NCBI GenBank assembly: GCA_010015805.1
Contig: ML978128.1
Span: 1,550,001-1,614,000, forward strand
Direction of reading: 5' to 3'
Length of the DNA: 64,000 nucleotides
Source of the DNA: Rhizodiscina lignyota
Taxonomy: Eukaryota
Shown: one piece after another, positions 44,936 through 57,100 of the stretch
Numbering within the stretch: position 1 is the stretch's first letter
Layout of the letters: each line of letters opens with the position of its first letter
The notes under the pieces: generated by a model
Told to the model about the DNA's origin: nothing
The model's input: only the letters and a program-made list of their open reading frames with translations
Databases searched by the model: none
Program-made: the position numbers and the translations under genes

Positions 44936-45490
44936 AATTCTGAAACGATTGATCAAGGAAATTTTCCTCGAACAGCACGCGAGAGAATGCCTAGGGGACA
45001 CAGACGCGGGGCGATTGAGTACGATATCTCGAAAGAGGCGCGACAACACGTGATTAGGGCAATGTGACAGTAGTTCCGAATGAGGAATAGCGCACAATTC
45101 AAATTACAGCCTAGGGAAAGCCCTCGCTAACATCTCGCTAGGTTGTCGCAGGATAAAAGCACGTTACGCATCCTGACTCCTGTGCTCAGCAAAACAGAGA
45201 CACGGTATTTCTTTGACGCCGCCAAATGCTGCTGGTGTCCAACATCAATGACCGCAGTTCCACCGATTGTTGCGGCCCCTGAGAGGCGGGGCAGTGTTAT
45301 TGGTGGAGGCGGCGCAGCAGGCTCAGGCAACCACCGCTGAGCATTTTCGAGTCATTATGTTGGTGCCTTTACATGAGGTATAAGTATTTTGCTTCAGTTC
45401 AAGTGCTCCCTTAGAAGTCATCCAATCTGTCTCATTTTCGAATAATCAGAATTCCAAGATCAAAACTTCTTTCCCTTACCAAACGCGGAA

Positions 45491-47848
45491 ATGGATATTC
45501 CCAAGCAAGAGATCCTGGTGAAGGATCTGCCCACCAAATCCGTCACACTCTACCCATCCAGAGCTCATATTGTTCGCGAAATCCGTGACGTGGAGCTGAA
45601 ACCTGGCCCTAATGAGATCGAAATTTACGGCGTCACTCCCACTGCCGACGAACAGTCAGTCCAGATTGATGGCCGAGGATCCGCGACAATCACCGACATT
45701 ACTGTCGAACTTGTGCCGAACCGCGAGATCTTCCAGGATGTGTACCCAGATGCCGATGAGCCCGAATCCGAGGAAGAGGAGCCGTGGGAAGAGGAAGACT
45801 CAGAAGAAGTGAAGGCTCTGAACGACGAGCTAGAGAGACTGCAGAGAGAGGTCAAAGAGGCAACAGAAATCCAAAATGCTGCAGCTCGACGTCTGGAAAC
45901 GCTGGATTCTTACAGCCAGACAATGAAAGCCGACAAGAACACTGCTGAAGATGTCAGTAAAACTTTGGCGATGTATGAGACGGAGCGGGCGAGGATTTTC
46001 AAGTCTCATCAGGATGCTGCTGAGAAACTGCGAGTTTCTAACTCTCAAATTTCAAAGAAAGAGAAGGAACGACTCAAGGCGAAGATCCCTCAACTCAAGC
46101 GATTCGAACAAGAAATGAAAGCGCGGGCAAAACGTGCCGAGAAGAAGCAGCGCCAAAAGGAAGAGCGTAGGAAAGAGGTCGAGCGAATCAAAGAGGAGCG
46201 TCTCAAGTTCTGGCCGAAGAAAGTCTATCGGATCCTCGTTAGCTTGGAGACAGCCTCTTCCATTGATACTCCAGCGTCCTCACGACGCGGTTCAACGGAC
46301 TCAGTTACTCTCTCCCGTGGACACATGCCGGATATAAAAGACCCTGATGCTCCATCATCGAGTGGAAGTGACGGAACAATTGTATCCCCTTCGCTGTCAT
46401 ACGTCACCCGTGACGCTTCATGGTCACCGAGATATGATCTCAACATCTCATCCGTCCAGAAATCTGCAACCATTGCGTATAGAGCAGAATTCGTCAACGG
46501 CACCTCAGAGACTTGGAAAGAGGCTCAGCTCATCCTCTCGACATCGCAGACATCGTACCAAGGCCTGGAGGACAAAGTACCTTTCATGCACGCATGGCAC
46601 GTGAGATTGGGAAGGTCTCAGGACGGTGGCCTGCTCAGCCCGGAGGAACTCAACAAGCCCCGAGTTGGAAATGCTGTTGCGCCTTTGACTAAACGCAATG
46701 AGCTCTTCGGATCGGCACAGAATGTTTTCACATATGGATCCCAAGCGCAGCAACAAAACAGACTCCAGTGGGCGCAACAGCAGGAGGTGCAAGCAATGCA
46801 GGCACAGTCTCGCCACAGGGAGACATGGAAAGCCGTCATGGAGAGGGGAGAGAAAATGGACTCTATAGCGCCACATGCTTCAATTGAATCGGCCGCTCTG
46901 TTCGCCAGGGGAGGTGGGACTTTCGGTGCTGTTGCCAACGCAAGTAGCGCATTTGGCTCCTCAGTATTTGGTGCTGCGAAGAAGTCAAAACGCCTGGCCT
47001 CCGTAGAACAGCAAGAATCAGAAGAGGATATAGGCGAAGCTATGGCGTTTGGGCTTTTCGACGATGGGCCATCAGGCGCTCCCCGTGGACCTCCAACCGT
47101 TGGATTCCAGGAAGCGGAGTGGGACGATAACGGCCTTACGTCGACATATGAAGTTCCTGGTATGCGAACCCTTGCGCCATCTTCTCTTACACGCCGACAC
47201 AAGATTGCAACGTTGGTCGCATTAAACATCCATCTCAGCTATGTGGCTGTGCCGAAGCTTCGCCCCTCCGCTTTCCTTCGCGCCAAGATCCGCAATCCCT
47301 CCAGCTCCGTTACGCTCCTCAAGGGCACAGCGGGAGTCACCCTTGACGGCTCGTTCCTGGGCAACATGATCTTAGGTCGTGTCTCGCCAGGACAGATCTT
47401 TGATCTTCCACTCGGCGTCGACCCGGCTGTGCATGTCAACTACCCTAAGCCCTCTGTGCACCGCAGCACCCGCGGCCTGATCAGCAAGGAGAGCGCGCAG
47501 GTCTTTTCGCGTTCGGTCTGGCTTACTAATACGAAGACCGTACCCGTAGAATTGATGGTTCTGGACCAAGTTCCCATATCGGAAGACGATAGACTGAAGG
47601 TTGATATCCTGCAACCTAAAGGACTGTCTAGCGAGGGCGACGTCGTGCGAGCAGGGAGCGCAGCGAAGGAAGGCGCGAGCGGTGCGACGGCGTCAGGACA
47701 GGGAAATGCCTGGGGCAAAGCGACTGCGACGCTTAAGAAGGACAACCAGGTGGCTTGGACAGTGACGCTGGAGAAGAAGCAGGCTTGCTTGTTGAAGCTA
47801 GAATACGAGGCGAGGATGCCGGCGACAGAGAGGATCACAGCCGCTTGA
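45491..47848 (+). CDS. DUF4140 + DUF4139 domain protein
   Basis: N-terminal SVTLYPSRAHIVRE; LSYVTRDASWSPRYDL..NGTSETW..LILSTS; C-terminal LGVDPAV..VLDQVPISEDDRLKV. Intronless, 785 aa. Confidence 0.85.
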   Translation: MDIPKQEILVKDLPTKSVTLYPSRAHIVREIRDVELKPGPNEIEIYGVTPTADEQSVQIDGRGSATITDITVELVPNREIFQDVYPDADEPESEEEEPWEEEDSEEVKALNDELERLQREVKEATEIQNAAARRLETLDSYSQTMKADKNTAEDVSKTLAMYETERARIFKSHQDAAEKLRVSNSQISKKEKERLKAKIPQLKRFEQEMKARAKRAEKKQRQKEERRKEVERIKEERLKFWPKKVYRILVSLETASSIDTPASSRRGSTDSVTLSRGHMPDIKDPDAPSSSGSDGTIVSPSLSYVTRDASWSPRYDLNISSVQKSATIAYRAEFVNGTSETWKEAQLILSTSQTSYQGLEDKVPFMHAWHVRLGRSQDGGLLSPEELNKPRVGNAVAPLTKRNELFGSAQNVFTYGSQAQQQNRLQWAQQQEVQAMQAQSRHRETWKAVMERGEKMDSIAPHASIESAALFARGGGTFGAVANASSAFGSSVFGAAKKSKRLASVEQQESEEDIGEAMAFGLFDDGPSGAPRGPPTVGFQEAEWDDNGLTSTYEVPGMRTLAPSSLTRRHKIATLVALNIHLSYVAVPKLRPSAFLRAKIRNPSSSVTLLKGTAGVTLDGSFLGNMILGRVSPGQIFDLPLGVDPAVHVNYPKPSVHRSTRGLISKESAQVFSRSVWLTNTKTVPVELMVLDQVPISEDDRLKVDILQPKGLSSEGDVVRAGSAAKEGASGATASGQGNAWGKATATLKKDNQVAWTVTLEKKQACLLKLEYEARMPATERITAA

Positions 47849-48012
47849 GCATCGATATGGACACAGCGATTGGATATTTCAGTAGGTCAATGAATAAAGA
47901 TGATCTCAAGGCTTCGCCCTTTCTTGTTTCGATTACTCGGATGCAGATATTATACAGTTTGGCCCTTAGATAGTCTCAAACACTAAGAAAGCATTTCCAC
48001 AAAGGATCGAGC

Positions 48013-49722
48013 TTAAGTCGATACCTTCTTTTGCTGTGCGCCCGCACGGATCCCGACCATTTGGCCCTTCTCCGCTCTCTCCAGTGTCATCGCTGTAATG
48101 ACCGCAGCTCCTATTCCAGACCCATCCTCTGCACTCGTGAGCACAATCGGGTCATCTTCCCTATCCTCCTTCCAATCCAAAATTTCGCCCAATGCTTGCC
48201 CCCATCGTCGCCTGAATTTCGGATGCTTGTTCGCCACACTCCCATCAGCTGCCACATGACCTTTCTGTATGCCTGATTTACGGCAAATAGCCGCGACACC
48301 GCATGCACAGAGACGCGCTCCGCGCACAGCAACCGTGATCGCGATATGTTTCATCGCACGAAGATCACTATGTGAAGGGGTGATGTTGAACTCCCTCCGG
48401 AATCTGTTTTTGGTATCCCCCATGTCTGCCGAGTCATCATTTTCGACGAACGAGAGAACTCCGGTGTCGATGCTGTAAGAGGACTGAAGGTAGGATAGAT
48501 TCGTTTGATCCGGGAATATAAGCCCCTTAGAATGCAGTTCCAGCAGAATGAGCCGGAAGATCTCCCCGAGATACAACCCTGCACTCATCTTCTCAAACGT
48601 TTGCTCCCCTGGCCTTGGTGACTGCTCGTCGACTGTCTCATCGTATGGGGTCCGAGGGAGGATAGAGTGGCTGTTGTCGAATGCGCCATATTCGCAGTTG
48701 ATAGCCATGCGGGTATCAGATGGTAGGTCTTTGGCTTGGTCGTGGGACTTGAGCTTGGGGATAGAGCTGCATTGCTCCATGTATGCGGCATTGCAACCCG
48801 TGCCAAATATGGCGCCAACGATGGTATCAGGATCGTTGTATGCAGAGGCGATGAGTGCTCCAGTCGTGTCATTGATGAGCGCTATCAAGCGAATGGGAAG
48901 TTTCTGGCACATCTGTTAGTCCATATTGTAATAATCTTCTCGATATCATACCCTTTTCGCAATCGCTTCTTGCACCTGCTCCGCGACGTCTTGACCCTCC
49001 ACGCCGTCAATGTCAAAGCCTTTAGTCCATGTCTGCAACACACCGTGATCGATGTAGTCCTGAATGGCAGGATATGAAAAAGTGAAACCCAACGGCAGAG
49101 GCTCGTTCTCGCTGCCATTTAGTCCTTGCTCTTTCGTGAACTTCTCTAGAGATTCTGCCACGAAGTTCCATAGCTGGTCGGCGCTTCCAGTTTTCAGGTC
49201 GTCCGGTATCTTATATTGCGATTGCATAACTTTAGTCTCGCCCTTCCGCTCGGCAAGTTCGATCCAGCAGACGCGTATGTTCGTACCACCGAGGTCTAGC
49301 GCTAGGAATGCGCCCCTTTCATGACCTGTGGGAAAGCCGAGGACCCATGTGAGGTACATTGCCTAAACGACGATTAGTTGGGAATGAACTCAAGCTGCGA
49401 GGGCCACCAACTATGTTACGGCCATTCTCTTGTAAGCCTGGTACACATTAAATTAATCATATGCTCTAAATATTCTGTGAGGGAGCATACCTTCGTCTAG
49501 CTCTTCTTGAAATCGCTTGCTGATAGCCTTTAAAGTCTCCCCGCTCACCCAGAATAGCTCATCAAGCCTCTCGATCTCCGTTCTGAGATCTCTTGATAGG
49601 CTGTCCAAGTTATCTGTATTTGAGTCAGTCAAAATAGCTTTGTGGTGAAGCCTGTGCATCGTCATACCCATTTTCCCCTCCACACGCTCAAGTTCCCGTC
49701 GAGCACTTGGCTTTGAACCCAT
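48013..49722 (-). CDS. Hexokinase family protein; multi-exon (start ATG 49722 or 49671)
   Basis: LALDLGGTNIRV, PLGFTFSYP, WTKGF, INDTTGAL, IFGTGCNAAY, INCEYGAFD, FEKMSAGLYLGE, ADGSV, EDGSGIGAA. GT-AG introns join three ORFs. Confidence 0.92.
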
Positions 49723-50405
49723 GCTCTTTTAGAATGAAGACAATGAGATGCAAATGCAGTTTTGAATAGAAGTAGAAGCTGCCCATGAAGAAACCCAGTT
49801 GAAAACTTGAACGGGAAAATCATTTGTAAAATGATGTACCAAATCTTTCCCATGTCGGATGAGGTTAAATGACATCATCCGAAGCTACGAGGGGCGCATG
49901 CTCGCGGCACTTTTCATTGCTCCAGATTATTCGAAGATCATCTCAATGTTCGGAGACAAGGATCACATCTATGACAAACAAGCAGTATATAGTACTCAAG
50001 AGCGCCGCGTGGTGAAGGTTTGCAAAGCAGATTCGGATGAAGGATTTGATTGCAGATGATGGCTGACCAATCACAGGCCTCAGCGACGTCCTTTACCTTC
50101 TCAGCGCCCATTTCGGAGCCAAGTGGGTGACAAAATAGTTGAGTCATGACTACAATATATAGAACTACGAGAATGTATATCCTCGATAGTTAATATAAGT
50201 TATACACGTTGAAGCTGCGTATATTAGATAAGCGAACTCTAGTATATATTTTATCGACCTTTCAGAGATGCTCTCGCTAGTGTTGAAGAGGAAACCTCGC
50301 TTTTGCCAAATACGTTTAAACTTTACAGGACTCAGCTATTTTGTCACCCCCGTGGGAGCCAACAGGGAGTACTAATATACAGTAAAGATGGATATCGTCC
50401 GTATT

Positions 50406-53400
50406 CTACTCCAATATGATCTCGCTCCAGTGCTTTCCTGGAGTCAATGCGTTGTCGAACGCCCTCCGAAATACTTTACCTAGTGCGACACGCCGAGCAA
50501 TACCTCCACGACCCGATTGCACCAACAGTACATAAAATAGATCCCACTCGCTCTGGTCCTGCTCTCTGGGAACATAGTATGTCCACACAGCGCTCTCGTC
50601 TGCGGTGAAGTTTTTCGCATGAGATATCGCTAGGAATTGGTGCTCCGCCGACGTTCCAACGTTGTGCCTCGCCCACTCCTTATCCAGAACAATCGTGCCG
50701 CACCAGTCACCGCCATTGTCAGATATATCGTAGCGCTCGAGACCGCTCGGCAGACGCTCTTTTGCGCTCTCTCCGCTGTAAGGTTCGTGATCTGCTGTGG
50801 ACAGGCCTGACTCTTCCTCGAGGGGACTGACGCGCAAATACGCGGACCATGTCCAGAACTGCAGATACCGCTGATCAGGGAACTCCACAGTCGCTTCTTT
50901 GCGTTCGTGGGTGACGCTGACGCCGAATGGGTGCTCGGGCACAGTACGATAAAACGTGTCGCGGCTCTTGGTCATGATCTCGTCATCGAGAATGCGGCCA
51001 TAGCCGTCATGCCGGCCAAGCTCATAGTGTGCTGAGTATCCATCCCACCTGGAGTTCGCTTCTCGTTGCGCGCGTCTTGGGCCCTGGTCTGGAATAATGG
51101 CAACCCGATCATCATAATAACCGCGACGACTCGAGTCCCGTCTACGGAGGGCGAGCTCCTCGTCCGGTGCTGATTGAGACAATGATAAGCTCGTGTACGA
51201 ATAAGAATCTGAGGAAGGAGATGAATTGAAGAGTGTCGGAAGAAGGCTGCTGAGCCTGTGGATATGAGATACTGCACTCACATCTTTCAAGTCTAGTCCT
51301 TCGTCTGTGATCATAATCGTCGTAATCATACTCTACCTCCACTTCTTTCCTCCCCCTTCTGTTTTCCCTCCCTCTTTCTTCTATGATCACATCCCCTTTC
51401 TCCCTATATTCATCTCTTGCATAGTCGTAGTCGTCTTTCGTGTTCCAAATGTGGCGCAGATCACCATGCCCATCGCGGATATACCAGTGGATCCAAGTGT
51501 GGTTCGTAAGCCATTCGTTTACATTTTGTAGACATCCTTCGATCATGTCGGCCTTATACTCAATTGCGGCATCTGCCCACGGACTCGCAATCCAGCCACA
51601 CCATGACCAGCTCGGAAACTCATCTTGACCCCATTGGTCCTTCTCTTCCGTGTCTTTCGGTAAGCGACGGAGCATTGGCCCGTTCATGACCCAAAGCAGG
51701 GCCAAGTCGAAATGAGAGCTCGGTAGGCCAAATATGAGCGGTGCCTCCATTGTTTCAGCAAGGAGATTGGAGATACCGCCGAAGGCGGCCAGAATATCAT
51801 TCGCCCGCGTCAATCGCCTCCTCGTATACAATTGTGTGCAGTGCATGTAGACCCAGAACGGTCTCTTCCCAGGCCTTAGATCCCTCAATAACTGCAGCGG
51901 CGCCTGCACCAAACCTAGGCTCCACCCCGCGCCTTTCGGTTCCGCAACGATGTCCTCAGACATGGCAGTCGACCGACACTGAAAGTATACTCTTCCTTGC
52001 GTGAAGATCAAGCATCGCTTGCTCAACAGCCTCTCACAGAATGTCCAAGCTCTTGTGTTCCATGTGCTCTTCTGTATTCCAGTCTCAGCGAGCTTGCTGA
52101 CCATGAGCGTCAGTCCTGGTAGAACTTCATCAATGAGCTGTTCTGTTGTGCTACTCGAGTTGTGCATCGCCACTAAGCCTGCATCTGCGCTGCTACCATC
52201 CGCCGCACAAATTGTCAGATGTGCGTTCCCGTAAATCATGTCCATTGAAGCTGCGTTGAGCTTCCAGCTCCTGACACTATCTTGAACAATACAAAGGCTA
52301 TCAACCTAGTGAAGTATAAGAGAGGCATTTAAATATAGTGTGGGTATGCGTTGCAGGACTTACCCAGAGGTATCTTATCCCCAGTCGCCTCACAACATCA
52401 ATCGCATCCGTAATCGCTTTAGGCAGATCCTTTTCATTAGCCTCCAAGCCCCCGTGAGCACGATGGAGTAGCACATTTTGAAGTAGCGTCCTGAACCGCT
52501 TCTCTTTTCCCCACACATAGCTCAGTGCGACATACTTCTCCCCTCTTGGCAGTGGCACGAGACACATATCTCTCACATCGATGACCCCGAAGTAGCTCTT
52601 TTCAATCAGGTCGTAGAACCTGTGGTCGTACCCTATACAACACCGCTCGCCATGCTGCTCATTGCACGCCTCGAGCCAGCTATTGATTAGCGCCTGGTTT
52701 TTCCCCAGCGCCTCGAGTGGACGGCCCAGGAATAAACTCTCCCGGCCCCAGCTCCTCGGAGCATCCGAGTTTGGGCGAGTATATCGGGTAGGCGTGACGA
52801 ACACCAGGTATGATTCGGTTAGCATGTCACCCGGTGACCAGCGCAGATGGATCCGCCGCGTCAAGTTTCTGTGATCCATGATACGGCCACATTGATCGAG
52901 AGTGACCTCGCGGCCGTCAACTTCCCAGTTTGCGTGGCAAATAGCCGGCAGATCGCTCTCAATTGGACCCTGGATCAGCCGCTTCATTCCATCTGGGTGC
53001 TCAATAGTACGTCTCAGATCCAATGTAGACTGATAAATGAGCCCACAGATAGGACAGCCCCTCCTGCGTGACTTGATGTCGCCAAGAGTACCGAGCCTGT
53101 ACATTTTGGAACTGGTCTTTAACGAAGTCCTGCCACTGCCACTACTTCTGCCACCGCTGCTGGTAACACTCTTGCCATGCTTCAGAGGATCCCCGTTGAC
53201 ATGGAATTTATCGACGCCCACGTCGAGCTGTGCACAAAAAGTACATATTCGCTTGCTGTTCGGTTCCCTTGGTGGCTGGACGAGTTATCAGATTTTAAAC
53301 CCCGTATTTGTCTGGAAATCGAGTCAAAAGGGTTCAAGAATTCTTACATCTCCATTCGCAACATTATCAAAATCTCGAGGTAGCACATGGTTCGGCAGGT

Positions 53401-53416
53401 CCTTTGTTCCGTCCAT
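50406..53416 (-). CDS. HET-domain protein; 4 exons (introns 53276-53347, 52306-52363, 51209-51281)
   Basis: N-terminal CTFC/CPIC, VIDVRDMCLV, YVALSYVWG, LPKAITDAI..YLW|VDSLCIVQD, MDMIYGNAHLTI, WNTRAWTFCE, FPSWSWCGW. Canonical splice signals restore the frame. Confidence 0.87.
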
Positions 53417-54167
53417 ATTCCCAGCTGAACGGCTGTCGAGAGCGTCTTTCCGCAAAGTCACTGCTTCAGCATTGAAGCCGGGAATCAATTCAACCAGGTA
53501 ACTCAACAATTGTAGAGAAAAAGAGCGGCAAGAACACTGAAATGAAGGCTACGAAAGCGATGTCCATGTCACAGGAAATTGCGAAGAAGAAGAAGTTCAG
53601 CTCTGTGGCTGGGGATGCACACCTCCTCCCACATCTTGGCTTGCAGCTGAATACTCGGACAAGGATTAGGCCGCAGGATTCAGGACGCGACATGGTTCGC
53701 GGAAGAGACGAAAGTCCATTAGTTTAGATTGATCAAGATGCACCCATACGAGTCGAACGGAGACAACAGTTTCCGGGAGTAGCTTAGAGAGCGACGACGG
53801 CGAGAGAGGTACCCGAAGTTCAACCAACTTAGGATAGGCGCCTACCAGCTGGCTTTTGAGCACAAGCCACCCGGATACTAGGCGGGCTTTGCACTAATAT
53901 GATGAACCCACAAAGACGTTAGGTTCTGTGTATCTATACGATATATATGAACAATGGATTATACAGGATTGAAATTTATCATTAACCTTTTGCCCGTCCA
54001 TCGAGGACTATTGCAGCTCGTCTAAGATACTACATATACAAACGCGGTGTCCCGCAAGCATCCCAAACTCCTCAATGCGTCCTGACGATATCAATGTCCG
54101 ACGTCTATTGCAAAACTCTCCGATAGCCATATCATAGCAACGTCTCCAATTTCAACGCAACCATCTT

Positions 54168-57100
54168 TTAAAACTGTGCAACCGCAATAGCAACAGCCTG
54201 CTCATCGGTATGGCTAATGCTCACACTAATGCCCTTCACACCAGCCTTCTTCGCCGCAGCTTCAGCATCACCGTGCAACTGTTGAGTCATTAGTCTTCAT
54301 TCTTGTCAAGTCTTTCCGAGGTTATGACATACCTTAACAGTCGGCTCACCACTTTCACCCTTGACAACCTCAATGTCCTTTAGCGCCGCACCAGCGCCCT
54401 TGCCGCTCACACCCAAACTCTTGAACACCGCCTCCTTCGCCGCCCAGCGCCCGGCAAAGCTCGCCCTCGCGTTTGGCGCAGCGCGGCAGTATGCTTGCTC
54501 CGCTTCGGTGAAGTTACGCTCCACAAACGTGGCATTCTCGACATTAATAGCGCGTACATCCTCAACGTCCACGCCGACCTTGCTGTTCGGGCCACTGGCC
54601 TGCGCAGCCGCGAGCGTCTCGACCATCTTTTGCGTCTCCGCCTTCTTAAGATCGGGCACTTGCTCCGTCTTTGGCTTGCCGGCCGGGTTTGGTCCGTCGG
54701 CCTTGGGCGGCGCAGAGTAGGCATAGACGTTTGTCTTCGAGTCGTGCGAGACACGGGCCTGCGGGTCGAGGAAGACGTTTGTCATTTGTGCCTCCTCGTA
54801 CGGCGACTTGTCCTTGGCGCGGAACAGGGTGTTGTTGATCAGGCCGTCGTGGAAGTAGCGGTAGGCCTTCTTCTGACGCGCCTCGACCTTTAGCTTGTAG
54901 CGGGCGTACTCCGCATGGTCAAGAACAGCGAAGAGGTACCTAGGGTGGATACCGATAGCCTGTGCACCCTTCTGACCGAAGCCGAAAGAGGTGACGCTGA
55001 ATGCCTTGACACCGTCGGTCTGGATGCTGCGTGATGGGTAGACAATGTGGTCGTATTGCTCCATAACCTTGTCGACGTTGTCGGCGTTTCGGTTCCCTGG
55101 CACGAGGCCAGAGTTCAGCACCTGCAAGCAGCCGTTGAACATCCAGGCACCAGCTGCACCCTTGGGGTGACCGGTGAGATACTTCTGGAAGATACCCAAG
55201 AGCGCATTGCCCTTCTTACGACCAAGGTGACGCATCTGCTGGCAGATGACTTCGCTTTCATTCTTGTCGTTCGCAACAGTGGAAGTACCATGGAAAGAGG
55301 CAACATCAAGGTCGTCAATGGTGAGACCCCAGGTAGCAAGAGCGCCGCGAAGAGGTGCGATACTCGGGTCCTGCTTCCAGAAGGCATTGCCAAGAGCATT
55401 AAGGGCAGTCTTCTCCTGGCGGGTAGCTTCACGGGCGATATGCTCTGCGCGAGAGGCCATATACTCCTTCTCGTCGAAGGGCTCGCCAGTGCCTGCGGTA
55501 GCAGACTTCATGGCAGCAACCTCCTCCTGAAGGTACAGCAATTCGCCCTCCTGCCATTGCTTAATTTGCTTGCGGCGCAGGTCCATTTGGCGCTTGCGGT
55601 ACTTAATGTCCAGCAATGGCGAGGGGAACTTGCTAGGTACTTCCCTGGCGGTAGTCAAGACACCCTTGCCCGGGGCAGGAACAGAGCGACCGATCTTGTC
55701 TGTTGCGGTGGCGGTCAAACCGATGATGCCGTAGATTGGAACGCCCATGTCGAGGGCAAGGCGGGCGTCCATGATGACTTGGAGACCACAGCCTTGGGAC
55801 TCCATGAAGCCGTTACGGGTGGTCGTAGTTGGGCGAGACATCTCCTTTGGTGTGCGGCCGTGAGCGAACTCATCCTCCGCGTTGCTGGTAGCCTTCATGT
55901 TGGCGAATTCGTACGAGCCTTCTTCTTGGAAGTCGTCAAAGCCACCAACGAAGCACACGCGAGCCTTGCCTTCGACAATAGTGTCGTAACCGATATCAAT
56001 GGACTCGACAGCCGTAGCGCAAGCACCGACTGGAGTCTTGATAGGACCGGTAGATGAGAGCAACAGCATGTTGACCCAGGCGGACATGGTGTTGATAAAA
56101 GACTCCTGCAAGATATCCTTCTGCAGCGGCCTGTCAAGGAAGCGATCCTTGTACATGCCTCGTAGAGCAGTCGTGCCACCGATACCAGAGCCGATACAGT
56201 TACCGACCTCAGAGATATGGACGTACTTGTAGAACTCATATGGGTCAGTGATACCGCTGCTCAGCAGGGCCTCGGCGGTCGAAACAAGCACGAAGAGAGT
56301 AACGGGGTCGACCTGGCTGATGATGTCGTCTGGCACACCATACTTCTTTGCGTCCCAGCCAGTAGGGATCTGGCCAGCAACAAGGCGATCGAAGCGCAGA
56401 GCCTTGGGGATGAGCAGGGTAGCGCCCTTCCTCAGGCGCACAGTGTATTCGCCCGACTCTTGGATCTCGAAGATCTCCACCTTGTCGCCATGCTGGCGCA
56501 GGAACTCCTCCGCGGTCTCCTTGCTTGCCTCAAAGGGATCGAGATCCTCTTCAATCTGGACCTCCTGCAGGAGCTGCTTCTTGTTCGGGTCGTAACCGTT
56601 GAACAGTTCAGGCTCGATGAGACGGATACCGCTGTGCTCCAAAATGTACTTCTCGTACTTCTGCTTGACGTCCTTGTCGTCGACAGGCTCACCGCTCTTA
56701 GCATCCACCCAGCCAGAGTAGCTCTTGCCCTTGAATGGTCCGTTGTGGTTCTTGATGAGACCCATCATCCAAGCCATTTCAATGCAACCTTCAAGTGAGA
56801 ACTCGCCGTACGCTTCCATCTCCCATCGCGTGCGCGAATTACCCCATGGACCAACTTCGGCAAAGCCAGTGACAACAACAGTCTTCTCGAGATCGACCAT
56901 GCCCTTGAGATTGTCGTTGAGCGGCTTGACTTCCGTCTCCCAATCAGGTAGGTCAGGGAAGTTGTACTTGAGGTTGGCCCTTGGCTGGACCTTAACCTTC
57001 TGGTACAGCTTCTCAGAGTCGTCGCCATTGACAATCTGGTTCTCAAGGCTCGTCTCCTTGACAACAGCCTTACGAATCTCGGCAGTCTCGGTGAATTCTT

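Noticed and set aside
50150..50400. AT/TpA-rich patch as a RIP-mutated transposon relic
   Set aside because: Short, with no terminal repeats or transposase remnants; compatible with an ordinary terminator/promoter region.
51142..51329. Apparent frameshift between HET ORFs (pseudogene or programmed frameshift)
   Set aside because: Explained by a GTGAGT..CAG intron at 51209-51281 that restores the frame.
55047..56057. 336-aa plus-strand ORF, and similar ones, opposite FAS2/FAS1
   Set aside because: Antisense shadows of strongly codon-biased genes.
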